A stretch of 47,555 nucleotides of DNA. Origin: a virus. Taxonomy: Duplodnaviria; Caudoviricetes. Positions within the stretch are counted from its first letter, which is position 1; every line of letters begins with the position of its first letter. The notes below the pieces were generated by a model. That model searched no databases, was not told the origin of the DNA, and was given only the letters and a program-made list of their open reading frames with translations. The stretch spans positions 1 through 47,555 of IMG/VR virus record IMGVR_UViG_3300010376_000051. One strand, written 5' to 3'. The position numbers and the translations under genes are program-made. This document shows, piece after piece, positions 27,486 to 36,816 of this stretch.

Positions 27486-28544
27486 CTAGAACTCGTTGGC
27501 TGCGAAGGTGGCAGTCGTGATCGTCGCCGTGCCGCTGGTGATATTCTGCACCGATAGATCGAACCAAACAGCGGTGCTCAAGGTCAAACCACTGATAACG
27601 CCTTCGCACACGAAAGGCACTTTCTCGGTGGTGGACGCGGCGTTGATGAACTGGACGCCAGCCCCATCTTGGGTGCCAGTCAAAGCGGCATTATTGGCAG
27701 GAGCCGTACCGGTGCCATGACTGCATGTCAAAGTGACACCGCTGCCAGAAGTGCCAACGTTGACAGTGCCGGTGATAGAGTACGCAACACGCCCCGTCAC
27801 GACCGGCGTCAATGTGGCTGGATTGGTGGCACCACCTAGACCCAACATCACCGCCGCACCGGTAGCACCCGAGATGCCGGATTGGTTGGATGGCTTGGTC
27901 ATCGCGAAAGCAGGCGTTCCACATGCTGGTGCCCCGGCACTGCCATACGCGAGTTGGCCGGCAGTGCATGCCGCAAGAGCCGTGGGGGTCGCACCCGCGC
28001 CACCACCAATGACGAAGCCGTTGAGGGTCAGGGCGGCCGAGGATGCGATCGTGCCGGACGCGGTGAACCCCAGGATGCCACCCGACGTACCTGACGTAAG
28101 GCCGGTGCCACCGTTGGCCACAGGGGTCGTACCCGAGCTACCGCTGGCCTTGCTGTACAGCCCAATCCAGTTGCCGGCGCTGTCCTGGCGGATCTGCGCC
28201 GCCGACCCACCGTTAATAACCAGCGTCGAACCGCCATTGATGGTTGGAGCAGCACCACCGCCAACTACGGGAGCAGAAGGTGTGACAGTGACCGCCCCGG
28301 CGCCTTGTGCATACACAAAGACGTTGAAGTCCTGCTGGAAGCCACCTTGAGTTCCTGGCGCGGGTAGCGACACAGCAATGGACGAGCCGGACGTGAACAC
28401 AAGCCCGTTACAACCGTCAAGCTGCCCAATGGTGTATGAAGTTCCGGTGACGATCTTCCCGGTGCCAGGGACGCCAACACTACAGCCGGCCCACGCCGTC
28501 ACCGGGGCGAGCACCAGCAGCAAAGCAAGCAGAAAACGCTTCAT
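27486..28544 (-). CDS. Signal-peptide-bearing tail-fibre-like protein
   Basis: GGAGG RBS. MKRFLLALLLVLAPVTAWA|G. PVANGGTG fibre repeat. 6 Cys. Confidence 0.75.
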   Translation of the reverse strand: MKRFLLALLLVLAPVTAWAGCSVGVPGTGKIVTGTSYTIGQLDGCNGLVFTSGSSIAVSLPAPGTQGGFQQDFNVFVYAQGAGAVTVTPSAPVVGGGAAPTINGGSTLVINGGSAAQIRQDSAGNWIGLYSKASGSSGTTPVANGGTGLTSGTSGGILGFTASGTIASSAALTLNGFVIGGGAGATPTALAACTAGQLAYGSAGAPACGTPAFAMTKPSNQSGISGATGAAVMLGLGGATNPATLTPVVTGRVAYSITGTVNVGTSGSGVTLTCSHGTGTAPANNAALTGTQDGAGVQFINAASTTEKVPFVCEGVISGLTLSTAVWFDLSVQNITSGTATITTATFAANEF

Positions 28545-28705
28545 CAGTAACCTCCGTAACCCTGCCGGGCGCCCATGCCCGATCCATAACTACGATGTTT
28601 TGGTGTAGATAGTTTCGCGGATTTTCGGCGGCGAGTGCTCTTGGTCCGCCCCTTCGTATTCCGGGACTGGCGCTCGAAGTCAGCGCTGGCATCCTGCTTC
28701 GACAT
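28544..28705 (-). CDS. Small basic protein (53 aa, not in ORF track)
   Basis: GGAGG RBS, TGATG coupling at both ends, MSKQDASADFERQSRNTKGRTKSTRRRKSAK...GYGGY. Confidence 0.7.
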   Translation of the reverse strand: MSKQDASADFERQSRNTKGRTKSTRRRKSAKLSTPKHRSYGSGMGARQGYGGY

Positions 28706-28743
28706 CAATACCTCCGGCCGCGCCGGCTGCGTCTACGTCTCAT
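28705..28743 (-). CDS. Arg-rich micropeptide MRRRRSRRGRRY (12 aa)
   Basis: ATGA overlap with the upstream stop, TGATG overlap downstream, GAGGA upstream. Confidence 0.6.
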   Translation of the reverse strand: MRRRRSRRGRRY

Positions 28744-28922
28744 TGGTGTCTTCCTCTGCTTTGACCACTTTGGTTCATCGCAATGGCGATGGCCTGCTTC
28801 CGACTCTTGACCTTCGGTCCACTCTTACTGCCGCTATGCAATTGACCATGCTTGAACTCGTGCATGACTTGGTGGACCTTTTCCTGCTTGCCCCGCTTGG
28901 TCCGGGGCTTCTTGGCAGCCAT
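28740..28922 (-). CDS. DUF6496-like small basic protein
   Basis: KVHQVMHEFKHGQLHSG...GPKVKSRKQAIAIA signature. Confidence 0.8.
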   Translation of the reverse strand: MAAKKPRTKRGKQEKVHQVMHEFKHGQLHSGSKSGPKVKSRKQAIAIAMNQSGQSRGRHQ

Positions 28923-29213
28923 TTAGTGCGCCCAACGTCCAGGTGCCCAAAACCACCTGCCCTCACGATGCCGCCAAGCAGGCCCGACCCAGCGGAACCC
29001 TGGCCGGTTTGGCTGCCAGTAGCCACGGTGCCAAACGTAGGCGTTGCCGCCCCAAGCCCAATATCCCGGTGCCCATCCCCAACCAGGCCGCGGCGCCGGA
29101 ACGACCTCGTAATAGGGTGCTGGCGGAGCGATCGTAATGCCGAATTGGACTTGCGCCTTGGCGGCAATCGGGATCGCCAGCAAAGCAGCGAGGGCGATGG
29201 CATACCGGTTCAT
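28923..29213 (-). CDS. Secreted YXWGXW / WXXGXW repeat protein
   Basis: Signal peptide MNRYAIALAALLAIPIAAKA|Q; WAPGYW, WHRGYW, WVGPAW, WAPGRW. Confidence 0.88.
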   Translation of the reverse strand: MNRYAIALAALLAIPIAAKAQVQFGITIAPPAPYYEVVPAPRPGWGWAPGYWAWGGNAYVWHRGYWQPNRPGFRWVGPAWRHREGRWFWAPGRWAH

Positions 29214-29215
29214 GA

Positions 29216-29332
29216 CTATCCCTTGTTCTGAAGCCGGCCGCTGGGAATACCACTCGCTTTGCGGGGAGTGGGCCTAGCCAATTTCGGCGACTTCACCCGT
29301 GTCTTCGACTTCTTCTGTACCTTCTTCGCCAT
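29216..29332 (-). CDS. Small Lys/Arg-rich protein (38 aa)
   Basis: AAGGA RBS, TGATG coupling, MAKKVQKKSKTRVKSPKLARPTPRK. Confidence 0.65.
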   Translation of the reverse strand: MAKKVQKKSKTRVKSPKLARPTPRKASGIPSGRLQNKG

Positions 29333-29934
29333 CACTGCTTCCTTCCAAACATGAATGTGACCACCACAATCGGTAGCCACAGGCCCAAAAGCACCAATTG
29401 CAACACATGCGGATCGGGCAGCGCCCGGTTCCACAACCACGCGGCTGCTGCCAGCGAACCAAGCGCTGGCGCTCGCTCCACGATAAAAAGGACCGCCTGC
29501 GCGAGCCATTTCAGGGAAGTCTCTAGAGCGCGGGCGGCCAGTAGGAATAGAGTGGCCACCACTTGGCGAAGCTGCGCCTCTGCCTTCGGCTTCATCGCAA
29601 CGGAGGCGGCGAGTTGGGTCATGGCTTCGCCGGTAGCAGTGGCCGCGTTCCGCAATTTTACTGTCTCGGCCGCGACCGCTTCTACCCGATCTGTTACAGC
29701 AGCTACGCTTTGTGCAGCAGCCCCTGCTGTTTCTTGCACTCGCTGAATATCGCCAGCGACCCGCTCGTTGTGCTTTCGGAGGATTTCCAGGATGTCGGAG
29801 GCGAGTTGTGGATCGCTTACAGGGGATGGTCCGGGGAAAGCATCCTCCACCGCACGATCATCTCCCACGGGCCGCTCTTCGATGAGCCTGATGTTGCCCA
29901 CACTAGTCCGGCGAGGCATCTTCGTCCTCTCCAT
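29332..29934 (-). CDS. Coiled-coil membrane protein with C-terminal TM segments
   Basis: Ala-rich helix followed by two to three hydrophobic stretches. Confidence 0.65.
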   Translation of the reverse strand: MERTKMPRRTSVGNIRLIEERPVGDDRAVEDAFPGPSPVSDPQLASDILEILRKHNERVAGDIQRVQETAGAAAQSVAAVTDRVEAVAAETVKLRNAATATGEAMTQLAASVAMKPKAEAQLRQVVATLFLLAARALETSLKWLAQAVLFIVERAPALGSLAAAAWLWNRALPDPHVLQLVLLGLWLPIVVVTFMFGRKQ

Positions 29935-30151
29935 TTATGGTTTGGCTTTCTCGGTAGGCGTCCCAAGCATTGGTGGCACCATCGCTGGGCTTCTGCCCCT
30001 TGCGACTGATGCCGTACCACCCCGATACTACCTTGAGAGCGTTGGTCCGATCACGGACATTTGTGCCGACAGTGCCGGCTTCTTTGACCAACTTGAGAGC
30101 AAGCTTGTCCAGTTCGATCAGGAGAACGTCGCTGACGGGGCGCCGGGGCAT
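29903..30151 (-). CDS. Hypothetical helical protein (82 aa)
   Basis: ATG at 30151 after an AT-rich intergenic patch; acidic tail. Confidence 0.6.
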   Translation of the reverse strand: MPRRPVSDVLLIELDKLALKLVKEAGTVGTNVRDRTNALKVVSGWYGISRKGQKPSDGATNAWDAYRESQTINGEDEDASPD

Positions 30152-30218
30152 AACGCCCGCTCTACCACACTTATTATCTCTAGCGACACCCACATATATA
30201 ATGATGTTTGCATGTATA

Positions 30219-32228
30219 TCATAGGGTCGGCATATTGGCCCTTACCTGTGGTGCGGTAGTCCCTGCTGCTGTCCCAGCATAGGGAGCGACATTCGGAGCC
30301 ACGACACGAGGGAACTGCCTAATGTTGGGACGGGCACCGAACAACTGCTTAGCAATTTCTTCGTATACTGGCTCAGCCTTCTTCTTGCCTGCTTCTCCCA
30401 TAGAACTCCAAAGCCGAGCCAAATTCAAATATCCCCAGAACATGGACTTGTGGGCGAAGTGGGCGGCCGCGGCAGCAGCATTCGCTATCATCTGGTTTGC
30501 TGATGCTTGGTCGACTGCGTTGGTGGGTATAGCTCCACCGAGCGAACTTTTGAAAGTCTCAGCCATATTATGTTCGGCCATGACACCTTTGACGAACTCG
30601 CGATATTTCGTTTCATTCTCAAAGAATGGCGCCATCTGCTTTCTCATTTTGGGGTTATCAAGAATGCCTTCTATCTCTTTAGCTTTGAACCCCACCATTG
30701 ATAGGCGGTCTCTCATGAGATTAGCGAGACCCAATCGAGCGAATTCTTTATCGTTCTGTGACAGCTTCGCGAACTCCCCAGCGTTTTCGGATGGCTCTCT
30801 CTCGAATGCTTTCTCCCCCCACTTAACGGCATCAATCGCCGCTGATGGACCCGCCCACGCGTCCCGCGCCTTTTTATAGACATCCGGGTGGTCCGTCTTA
30901 GCAACGAGATTATCAACTTCAGCAATATACGCTTCTCTAACTTTGGACATCCTGGAGCCCATGTAATCCATCTTGCCAGTGATGTCCCTGTGATCACTTA
31001 TGAAGTGATCCATCCCTCTCTTTACTAAGTCCAATGTGCGGAGGTTCGCGGGTGCGTCTACATATGCTTCTACTGTCCCGTTGTTGTTAGTCCGCACCTT
31101 GACCATTTCTCCGGGCTCATAAGGCATTTCTCCGTGCAGTATGCCCTTGTTTTGGTCGTCGATAGCTTTAGCGAAGTACCGGCGAATGTCTGGGTCGCGG
31201 AAGAATTGTTCCAATTCAGGAGACCAAAGACCTTCCAGCTTCTCGGCCTCTTGATAGAAGGGACGCGCCGCTTCCACGCGAGCCCTTTTAAGGACTTCTA
31301 TTGTGTCGTATGTTGACTGGCCGCGCTTCAACTGGTTGCCAATAAGCATCATTACTCGTGAGTCGGTCCGCTGATCACGACTGGTCAGTACGTCATGCGC
31401 GGTCAGGTACGGCTTAAGTCCGCTCTTAACCGCCTGCTGGCCTAACCCCTGGACCGCTGGACCGGCTATGTCTTGCACTACCAGAGGGACACCTTTAGCG
31501 CGGGCTTTGGCCACCCGCTTCATCATGTCTTCCGCTGTCAGGTGTTTGCCCGCTTCAAGATCGGATTGGGCTGCTTTTATGAGAGCATCATGGGCCTTTC
31601 GTATTGATTTTTCCACCTTCTCGATCGCCGGTAAGCCCAAAGCGTTTTTCACCGCGTTGATAGCAAGCGCTCCTGGTTGCGCAGTGGCATTGGCAATAGG
31701 ACCTGCTGCGCCGCCTAGCACACCGCCAGCAGCGATATTCTTTAGTCTCTCCTTTGTAGGGTCTTCACCTTCTACTGGCTGCAATGTAGACGCACCTGCA
31801 CCCGTCAGGGCTGGTATCTTGATATTTCGAGCAAACCACGATGCGGCCGGTTTCACACCTTGCGCGGCGAACTTGCCCGCGCCTAGCATACCCAATGGGA
31901 TGTTGATCGGATTGATGACATTACCTGCGATACGATCCCAATCGATACCCCGTAGACCGGCGGCCTTGCGGGCTGCTTGATATTGTGCCTCGCGAACCTT
32001 CTCGTACTCATTGATCTTCTTGGAAACTCCGTGAAGACCGACCACGTCGGTAGCAAGTGAGGCACCCCCAATAAAAGGGTCTGCTAGTCCATGAAGGAAG
32101 CCAGCGCCGCCGAAGTCCTTCTTCGGCTCTTTCTCGGGGCGATCGAAATCAGCTTCGGGTGGCTGCCAGCTAGATTGGGGTCGTGGCTGGTCGAAATCCG
32201 ATGCAGGTGGTTGCCACTCAGCCATCAC
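30219..32228 (-). CDS. Internal virion / DNA ejection protein
   Basis: Large helical Ala/Gly-rich protein with LDLVKRGMD and YKKARDAWAG patterns; third large gene after the nozzle. Confidence 0.7.
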   Translation of the reverse strand: MMAEWQPPASDFDQPRPQSSWQPPEADFDRPEKEPKKDFGGAGFLHGLADPFIGGASLATDVVGLHGVSKKINEYEKVREAQYQAARKAAGLRGIDWDRIAGNVINPINIPLGMLGAGKFAAQGVKPAASWFARNIKIPALTGAGASTLQPVEGEDPTKERLKNIAAGGVLGGAAGPIANATAQPGALAINAVKNALGLPAIEKVEKSIRKAHDALIKAAQSDLEAGKHLTAEDMMKRVAKARAKGVPLVVQDIAGPAVQGLGQQAVKSGLKPYLTAHDVLTSRDQRTDSRVMMLIGNQLKRGQSTYDTIEVLKRARVEAARPFYQEAEKLEGLWSPELEQFFRDPDIRRYFAKAIDDQNKGILHGEMPYEPGEMVKVRTNNNGTVEAYVDAPANLRTLDLVKRGMDHFISDHRDITGKMDYMGSRMSKVREAYIAEVDNLVAKTDHPDVYKKARDAWAGPSAAIDAVKWGEKAFEREPSENAGEFAKLSQNDKEFARLGLANLMRDRLSMVGFKAKEIEGILDNPKMRKQMAPFFENETKYREFVKGVMAEHNMAETFKSSLGGAIPTNAVDQASANQMIANAAAAAAHFAHKSMFWGYLNLARLWSSMGEAGKKKAEPVYEEIAKQLFGARPNIRQFPRVVAPNVAPYAGTAAGTTAPQVRANMPTL

Positions 32229-34627
32229 GGAGTCGGCGCTGCCGCCCCTTTTTTGGTTCCTGGCTTACCTGTAGGTGCCCAGATGAACGGTGTTCCGGCA
32301 GGAAGCGCGTCATACTCTTCTTTACTGGAAATATGCGCAGTGTTGGCCCCTTCGATCTCCCTTTTGGCACGAGGCGATAACATGGCATCAAACTGTTGAG
32401 GAGAGAAACCAGCGGCGACAGCTTGGGTTCTCATATTGCGCAATTGGCCGCCAAGAAGCTTCTTCGCCTCCCGCATAACGCCTGCTACGGCCTCCGGCGA
32501 ACTAGCCTTGTCCAGCTTATCCCTCAAATCAGTTCTATCGGCTAACGCTGTGGTGCCGATAATAGCACTGGCAACCTCCGCCAACGCGATTGACTTGACG
32601 AATTCAAAATCAACAGGTTCCTCGTGACCAAACTCACGTGCTACATATTGATTAAGGGCATTTAGGACTCTGACATCGCCATTGTGCAATGCCATGGCCG
32701 CGTCAAACATAGTATCCATGTGGTCAATCGCGACCGAGAATTTTCGAGCTTGGTTGCCTTGTTGCCCCGATGAGAACGTCCAAGAGGCCCGCTGTTTTGC
32801 GCTGTATCGAGTGGCGTCGTAATTGGGATCTAACTCGTAAACCCGAGACATGATCTTCTGGCCGGACGTGCCACCTCGTGAACTTGTGTATGGAGGTGCA
32901 TCGTATCTAATGATAGCATTGGCGAGGCGGTCTATTTCCCTGTCGCTTAACGGTTGCTGTGCCCCACTCTTCGGAATTACTCCGGTAACGTCCAAGTGAC
33001 GATGTTCCGCATCCGCACTCACCCATCCCAATCCATTTGGGTCGGCCACTGCCTCGACAGGCTGGGTTTGTCCCTTCACTGCCACCATTGTTGGTGGTCC
33101 ATACTTCTGCGTGGTCGCAGTCCCGATCTTTTGAGACCCAGCCGGTGTGTATGGTTGGGTTCCGTCGTAATTCATAGCGGCAGCGCCAGGACCTAGCCGG
33201 GGGTTCTCCCAGTACAATGTGGGTTTGCCATCCTGATCCAATCGGTTTGGATCTTGCTTGAGTACCCATCCCGACTGAACGAACTTCTGATTGTTGGTTT
33301 GTAGTGTGATCATCTTCCATTGGTTGGTATTCTCTATCGCCGCCATTCTTTGTTCTCTGGCGTCCTGGGCAGACAGCATCTTAGCGTCCCAATCGGCAAC
33401 GAACTCCGAGCCATGGATGCGGGCTTGGTCTGCCAGATCGGACAATCCGGCTGCCCTCAACGTCAGATCCAGTTGTCGATTGCGTTCAGTATCGGAAATC
33501 TCCTCATCTACCAGGACATCGTGCACTGATTGCCGTTGCATCTCGGCAATCTTAAAGAGCATATCAGTTTGGGTCTTCCAATTGTCATAGGCGATCTTGT
33601 AATTGCGTTGGTCGCCACTGTTGTATGCCTCCAATGCGGCTGCGCCAGCGTTGATAGAAGCACGCATCGGGGAGCGTGTTAGAAGGCCGCCCAAAATGCC
33701 TACAACCACGCCCAAACTACCCAATTTGGAGATCGTGTCGAGTTGCGGATTTTGGGGTGGACTCTTTATCGCTTGCATTACCTCATCTTGGGCCTGCTGT
33801 GCCTTGTCTTGGGCCTCCCGGACCCGCTTCATTCCTTCTTCGAAGCTCTGACCCTGCTTGCCGATCTGCTCCATGATAGCGCGAGCTTGCGCATTTAAAT
33901 TGTCGGCCCGCTGACCCGCCGCTTCTTGGACCTGTTTGATTTGGTCCATTGTGGATTGGTGATCCGCTGCCGACGCCAGCGACGTGTACTCATGCGCTAA
34001 CCGGCTGAAATCAACCTGTCCAGTCTCTACCGCTTCCTGAAGCGTACGCCCATTCTTATCGGTCCCATAAATATGGGTATCTTTGTATTGTTGGAGTTTC
34101 CTTCTGTCATCAGGGTTCCTGAAGTCAGGTATCCCCTGACCAGGATTATCTTTCATCCACCGTATTACGGTGTCATGCCATGTTTTCGGCTGCCATTGCC
34201 CCTCATCAGCGGCATGGGAAATGCCTGCCGGCCCCTCCGCACCGGTCCACTGCGGGAAACCATAATTGCCTTCTGGCCCAGGCGTACTCGGCCAAGTGCG
34301 ACTGTCACCCCCTTTGTACAAAGCGTTGGGGTTGTTGCCACTCTCCTTCTTGTTGACGACTTTCTGGTAAAATGCGTCCATCGGACTTGGCGGTTTTGGG
34401 ACCGCTGGCATCGGTGAGCGCGGTGGTTCGGGCATCTGTGGCCGCGGCGTTTGCGGCATAAACCCCGGCTGTCCAGGGGTTATAGGACCCAAAGGAGCTA
34501 CAGGACCGGGCGACTGCGGATAGACCGGTGGAAAAGGAGGCCCACCCGGCGGCCCGCCCCCACCAATTGGTGGCAGTGGGGGCTGGTTTGGGTCTTGATC
34601 GCTACCAGGGACGTAATTAAGTGCCAC
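32225..34627 (-). CDS. Internal virion protein with a putative lytic transglycosylase-like segment
   Basis: Pro-rich N-terminus; KKESGNNPNALY...GQWQPKTW lysozyme-like motifs; Gln-rich coiled coil. Confidence 0.65.
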   Translation of the reverse strand: MALNYVPGSDQDPNQPPLPPIGGGGPPGGPPFPPVYPQSPGPVAPLGPITPGQPGFMPQTPRPQMPEPPRSPMPAVPKPPSPMDAFYQKVVNKKESGNNPNALYKGGDSRTWPSTPGPEGNYGFPQWTGAEGPAGISHAADEGQWQPKTWHDTVIRWMKDNPGQGIPDFRNPDDRRKLQQYKDTHIYGTDKNGRTLQEAVETGQVDFSRLAHEYTSLASAADHQSTMDQIKQVQEAAGQRADNLNAQARAIMEQIGKQGQSFEEGMKRVREAQDKAQQAQDEVMQAIKSPPQNPQLDTISKLGSLGVVVGILGGLLTRSPMRASINAGAAALEAYNSGDQRNYKIAYDNWKTQTDMLFKIAEMQRQSVHDVLVDEEISDTERNRQLDLTLRAAGLSDLADQARIHGSEFVADWDAKMLSAQDAREQRMAAIENTNQWKMITLQTNNQKFVQSGWVLKQDPNRLDQDGKPTLYWENPRLGPGAAAMNYDGTQPYTPAGSQKIGTATTQKYGPPTMVAVKGQTQPVEAVADPNGLGWVSADAEHRHLDVTGVIPKSGAQQPLSDREIDRLANAIIRYDAPPYTSSRGGTSGQKIMSRVYELDPNYDATRYSAKQRASWTFSSGQQGNQARKFSVAIDHMDTMFDAAMALHNGDVRVLNALNQYVAREFGHEEPVDFEFVKSIALAEVASAIIGTTALADRTDLRDKLDKASSPEAVAGVMREAKKLLGGQLRNMRTQAVAAGFSPQQFDAMLSPRAKREIEGANTAHISSKEEYDALPAGTPFIWAPTGKPGTKKGAAAPTP

Positions 34628-34754
34628 GCTTCTTTCCCAACTTCAGCTTGGTCTTGGGCTTACCGGCATGCATTTCCGCTTCATGTTGATGCACGCCCTT
34701 TCGGACTTTCTCGTTGACCGCTTTCTTAGATGTCTTCTTCCGGGTTGCCATCAT
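34617..34754 (-). CDS. Small Lys/His-rich protein (45 aa, not in ORF track)
   Basis: AGGAG RBS; MMATRKKTSKKAVNEKVRKGVHQHEAEMHAGKPKTKLKLGKKRGT. Confidence 0.75.
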   Translation of the reverse strand: MMATRKKTSKKAVNEKVRKGVHQHEAEMHAGKPKTKLKLGKKRGT

Positions 34755-34762
34755 TCTGTCTC

Positions 34763-36130
34763 CTATGCTGCTGCCATCGGCGCGCCAGCCAGCGCCGCAG
34801 ACATCCGAGCAATGGCCAGTTGGGTCAGGTAGTCTTGCTGTAGCTGGGTATTCATCAAGTTGGAGTAGACTTGGTTGGCCGCGTTTATGGAGTTTTGACC
34901 AGCGTTGATCTGCGACAACCCGGTCTGGGCGACCCCTTGCAGATCGGCGAACTTTTGGGCAGCAGCAGCTTGTTGGATACCGGCGATTGCTTGGTCTTGC
35001 ATCGAACTGCCCGACAACCCCAAACCGGCGAAGTTGCTTGCTACGGTAGCTTCGGCCGCGGTGGTGGCTTGATCGATTGCTGCTTGGGCACCCGGTGGCA
35101 ACTGGCCTGTCAAGAGCGCGTTCGCTTCTTGTTGACCAGTGCCGATCAGTGCATTACCCGTTCTAAGCCCCGAAGCAGCCGAGCCAGCCTGTGGGCCAGC
35201 ATAGGGGATGCTGTTGTTCATCAACATCGACATCAACAGGCCACCACCTGCCAATCCGAGCCCCCCATAGTCTTTCAAAAACTGTCCCGTACTGCCTCCG
35301 AAAAGACCCGAGCTAGGTGGCACGTCTCCACCACCACCCGGACCTGCTGACAGCGGCACCCAATCACCGCTGGCGTTCAGATACCCACCGCCTGGACCTG
35401 TTGATCCAAGACCGGTGGCGAAGTCTCCTCCGCCCGGCGTTGTCAAAGCAGTACCGGCAGTGCCGGTAGGAGCGGCAGTGCCAAGGCTTTGGGTCAGTGT
35501 ACCACCGGGCGCCCCTGACGCTGCTGGGCCTGTCGCTGCAAGCTGGGTAGGGGCAGTGGGCAATGCACCCTGGATGGCGGCACTGCTTTCCGCTGCGCTG
35601 GCAGCACCTGTGCTTGGTGCCAAAGAACCGGGCGTGGCACCTGCACCGATCCCCGCAGCCGTCCCTGGCCCTGGAGCAGCCACCGCAGCGGCTGGGACGA
35701 CTGGAGGAGCAACTGTAGCACCGACACCTGCCGCCCCAGCCGATGCTGGCGCAACCGCCGCTGGCCCGCCTGGAACAGCACCCGGTAGCAACAGATCCGA
35801 TGCGCCCCCCGGTGCCGCCAATGCCGCCGTGTCAGTAGTACCTCCTAATATCCCGCCTAGCGGGTTCGCGGTGCCAAGGAAGCCCTGACCAGCGGCCAAC
35901 TCGCCCAATCCTGTGCCAACTCCGGCAAGCCCACCAGCTTCAATGCCGCCTAGAAGCGCTTGGCCGGGCTTCTCTCCCGATGCAATTCCGCCGACAGTTC
36001 CACCGATGGCAGAACCGACACCTACGTCAAGCGCTAGCGGCAGAGGCCCCAATACTGGAGCCAACACTGCGCCGCCGATGCCTCCTAGAACATCACCTAA
36101 AAGACCACCGATACCGCCACCACCACACAT
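34763..36130 (-). CDS. Internal virion / ejection (pilot-like) protein
   Basis: MCGG start, Gly/Ala-rich hydrophobic N-terminus, Gln/Ala-rich C-terminus with GLSGSS. Confidence 0.7.
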   Translation of the reverse strand: MCGGGGIGGLLGDVLGGIGGAVLAPVLGPLPLALDVGVGSAIGGTVGGIASGEKPGQALLGGIEAGGLAGVGTGLGELAAGQGFLGTANPLGGILGGTTDTAALAAPGGASDLLLPGAVPGGPAAVAPASAGAAGVGATVAPPVVPAAAVAAPGPGTAAGIGAGATPGSLAPSTGAASAAESSAAIQGALPTAPTQLAATGPAASGAPGGTLTQSLGTAAPTGTAGTALTTPGGGDFATGLGSTGPGGGYLNASGDWVPLSAGPGGGGDVPPSSGLFGGSTGQFLKDYGGLGLAGGGLLMSMLMNNSIPYAGPQAGSAASGLRTGNALIGTGQQEANALLTGQLPPGAQAAIDQATTAAEATVASNFAGLGLSGSSMQDQAIAGIQQAAAAQKFADLQGVAQTGLSQINAGQNSINAANQVYSNLMNTQLQQDYLTQLAIARMSAALAGAPMAAA

Positions 36131-36816
36131 TATGCTGCCTCATCCAATTCCGGCAGTTGCATATCACGCCGGAGATGCTTGACGAAGAACTGGCCGGCCA
36201 CGTCATGGCCGACCTTCTCGGCGAACTTCCGGATGTCCACCCCTGTTGAGGAGCCATACTGAAAGCCGCATGCACCAATGTCGATCGCCCACTTCATGCC
36301 AGCCCTATAGAGGCGGGTTACCTCTCGGGGCACCGAAATCCGGGACACCATGAAGGTCTCGTAGACGAACAGTTCCGGTTCCCACGGGGTCACTTCCGCG
36401 GTGAACAAGGCGCAGGCATCATCGGTGCGGAAGAAGGCCAACTTGCCGCCGCGACACGCCATGATCAACATCGGCCGGATCGTCTCTGCGCGAGCCCGCG
36501 GATACCGAGCCAGGAACCGGGGCAGCCCCCATTCCATAAGCTGATCGATCTCCGCTTCAACCACCCGGCGCACGCCTACATCAAATCCTGACATCGCTCT
36601 TGTTTCCTTTTGGAAAGTGATTGGTTCCCAAGCTGACAGTAGTGGGTTCTCGACGATTGTATCTACATGGTGGGGCTGAGCCAATTTCAGTACTGGCTGC
36701 TGGCCCATCGGGGGCAATACTACAGTTCTGACGTGGACGTGCGGCTTGGCGGCTTCAATCACCACCTTGCCGGCCCTAGCCACTGCCATTCGCGCTTTGG
36801 GGTCAGTGTACGGCAT
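36130..36816 (-). CDS. Hypothetical protein, possibly GNAT-like assembly factor
   Basis: Position just before the first ejection gene; LYRAGMKWAIDIGA pattern. An internal start at MSGFDV is possible. Confidence 0.45.
   Translation of the reverse strand: MPYTDPKARMAVARAGKVVIEAAKPHVHVRTVVLPPMGQQPVLKLAQPHHVDTIVENPLLSAWEPITFQKETRAMSGFDVGVRRVVEAEIDQLMEWGLPRFLARYPRARAETIRPMLIMACRGGKLAFFRTDDACALFTAEVTPWEPELFVYETFMVSRISVPREVTRLYRAGMKWAIDIGACGFQYGSSTGVDIRKFAEKVGHDVAGQFFVKHLRRDMQLPELDEAA

Noticed and set aside
30165-30220. Promoter in the AT-rich patch (TATAAT on +, GATAAT on -)
   Set aside because: -10-like hexamers exist on both strands but there is no convincing -35, so direction cannot be assigned.
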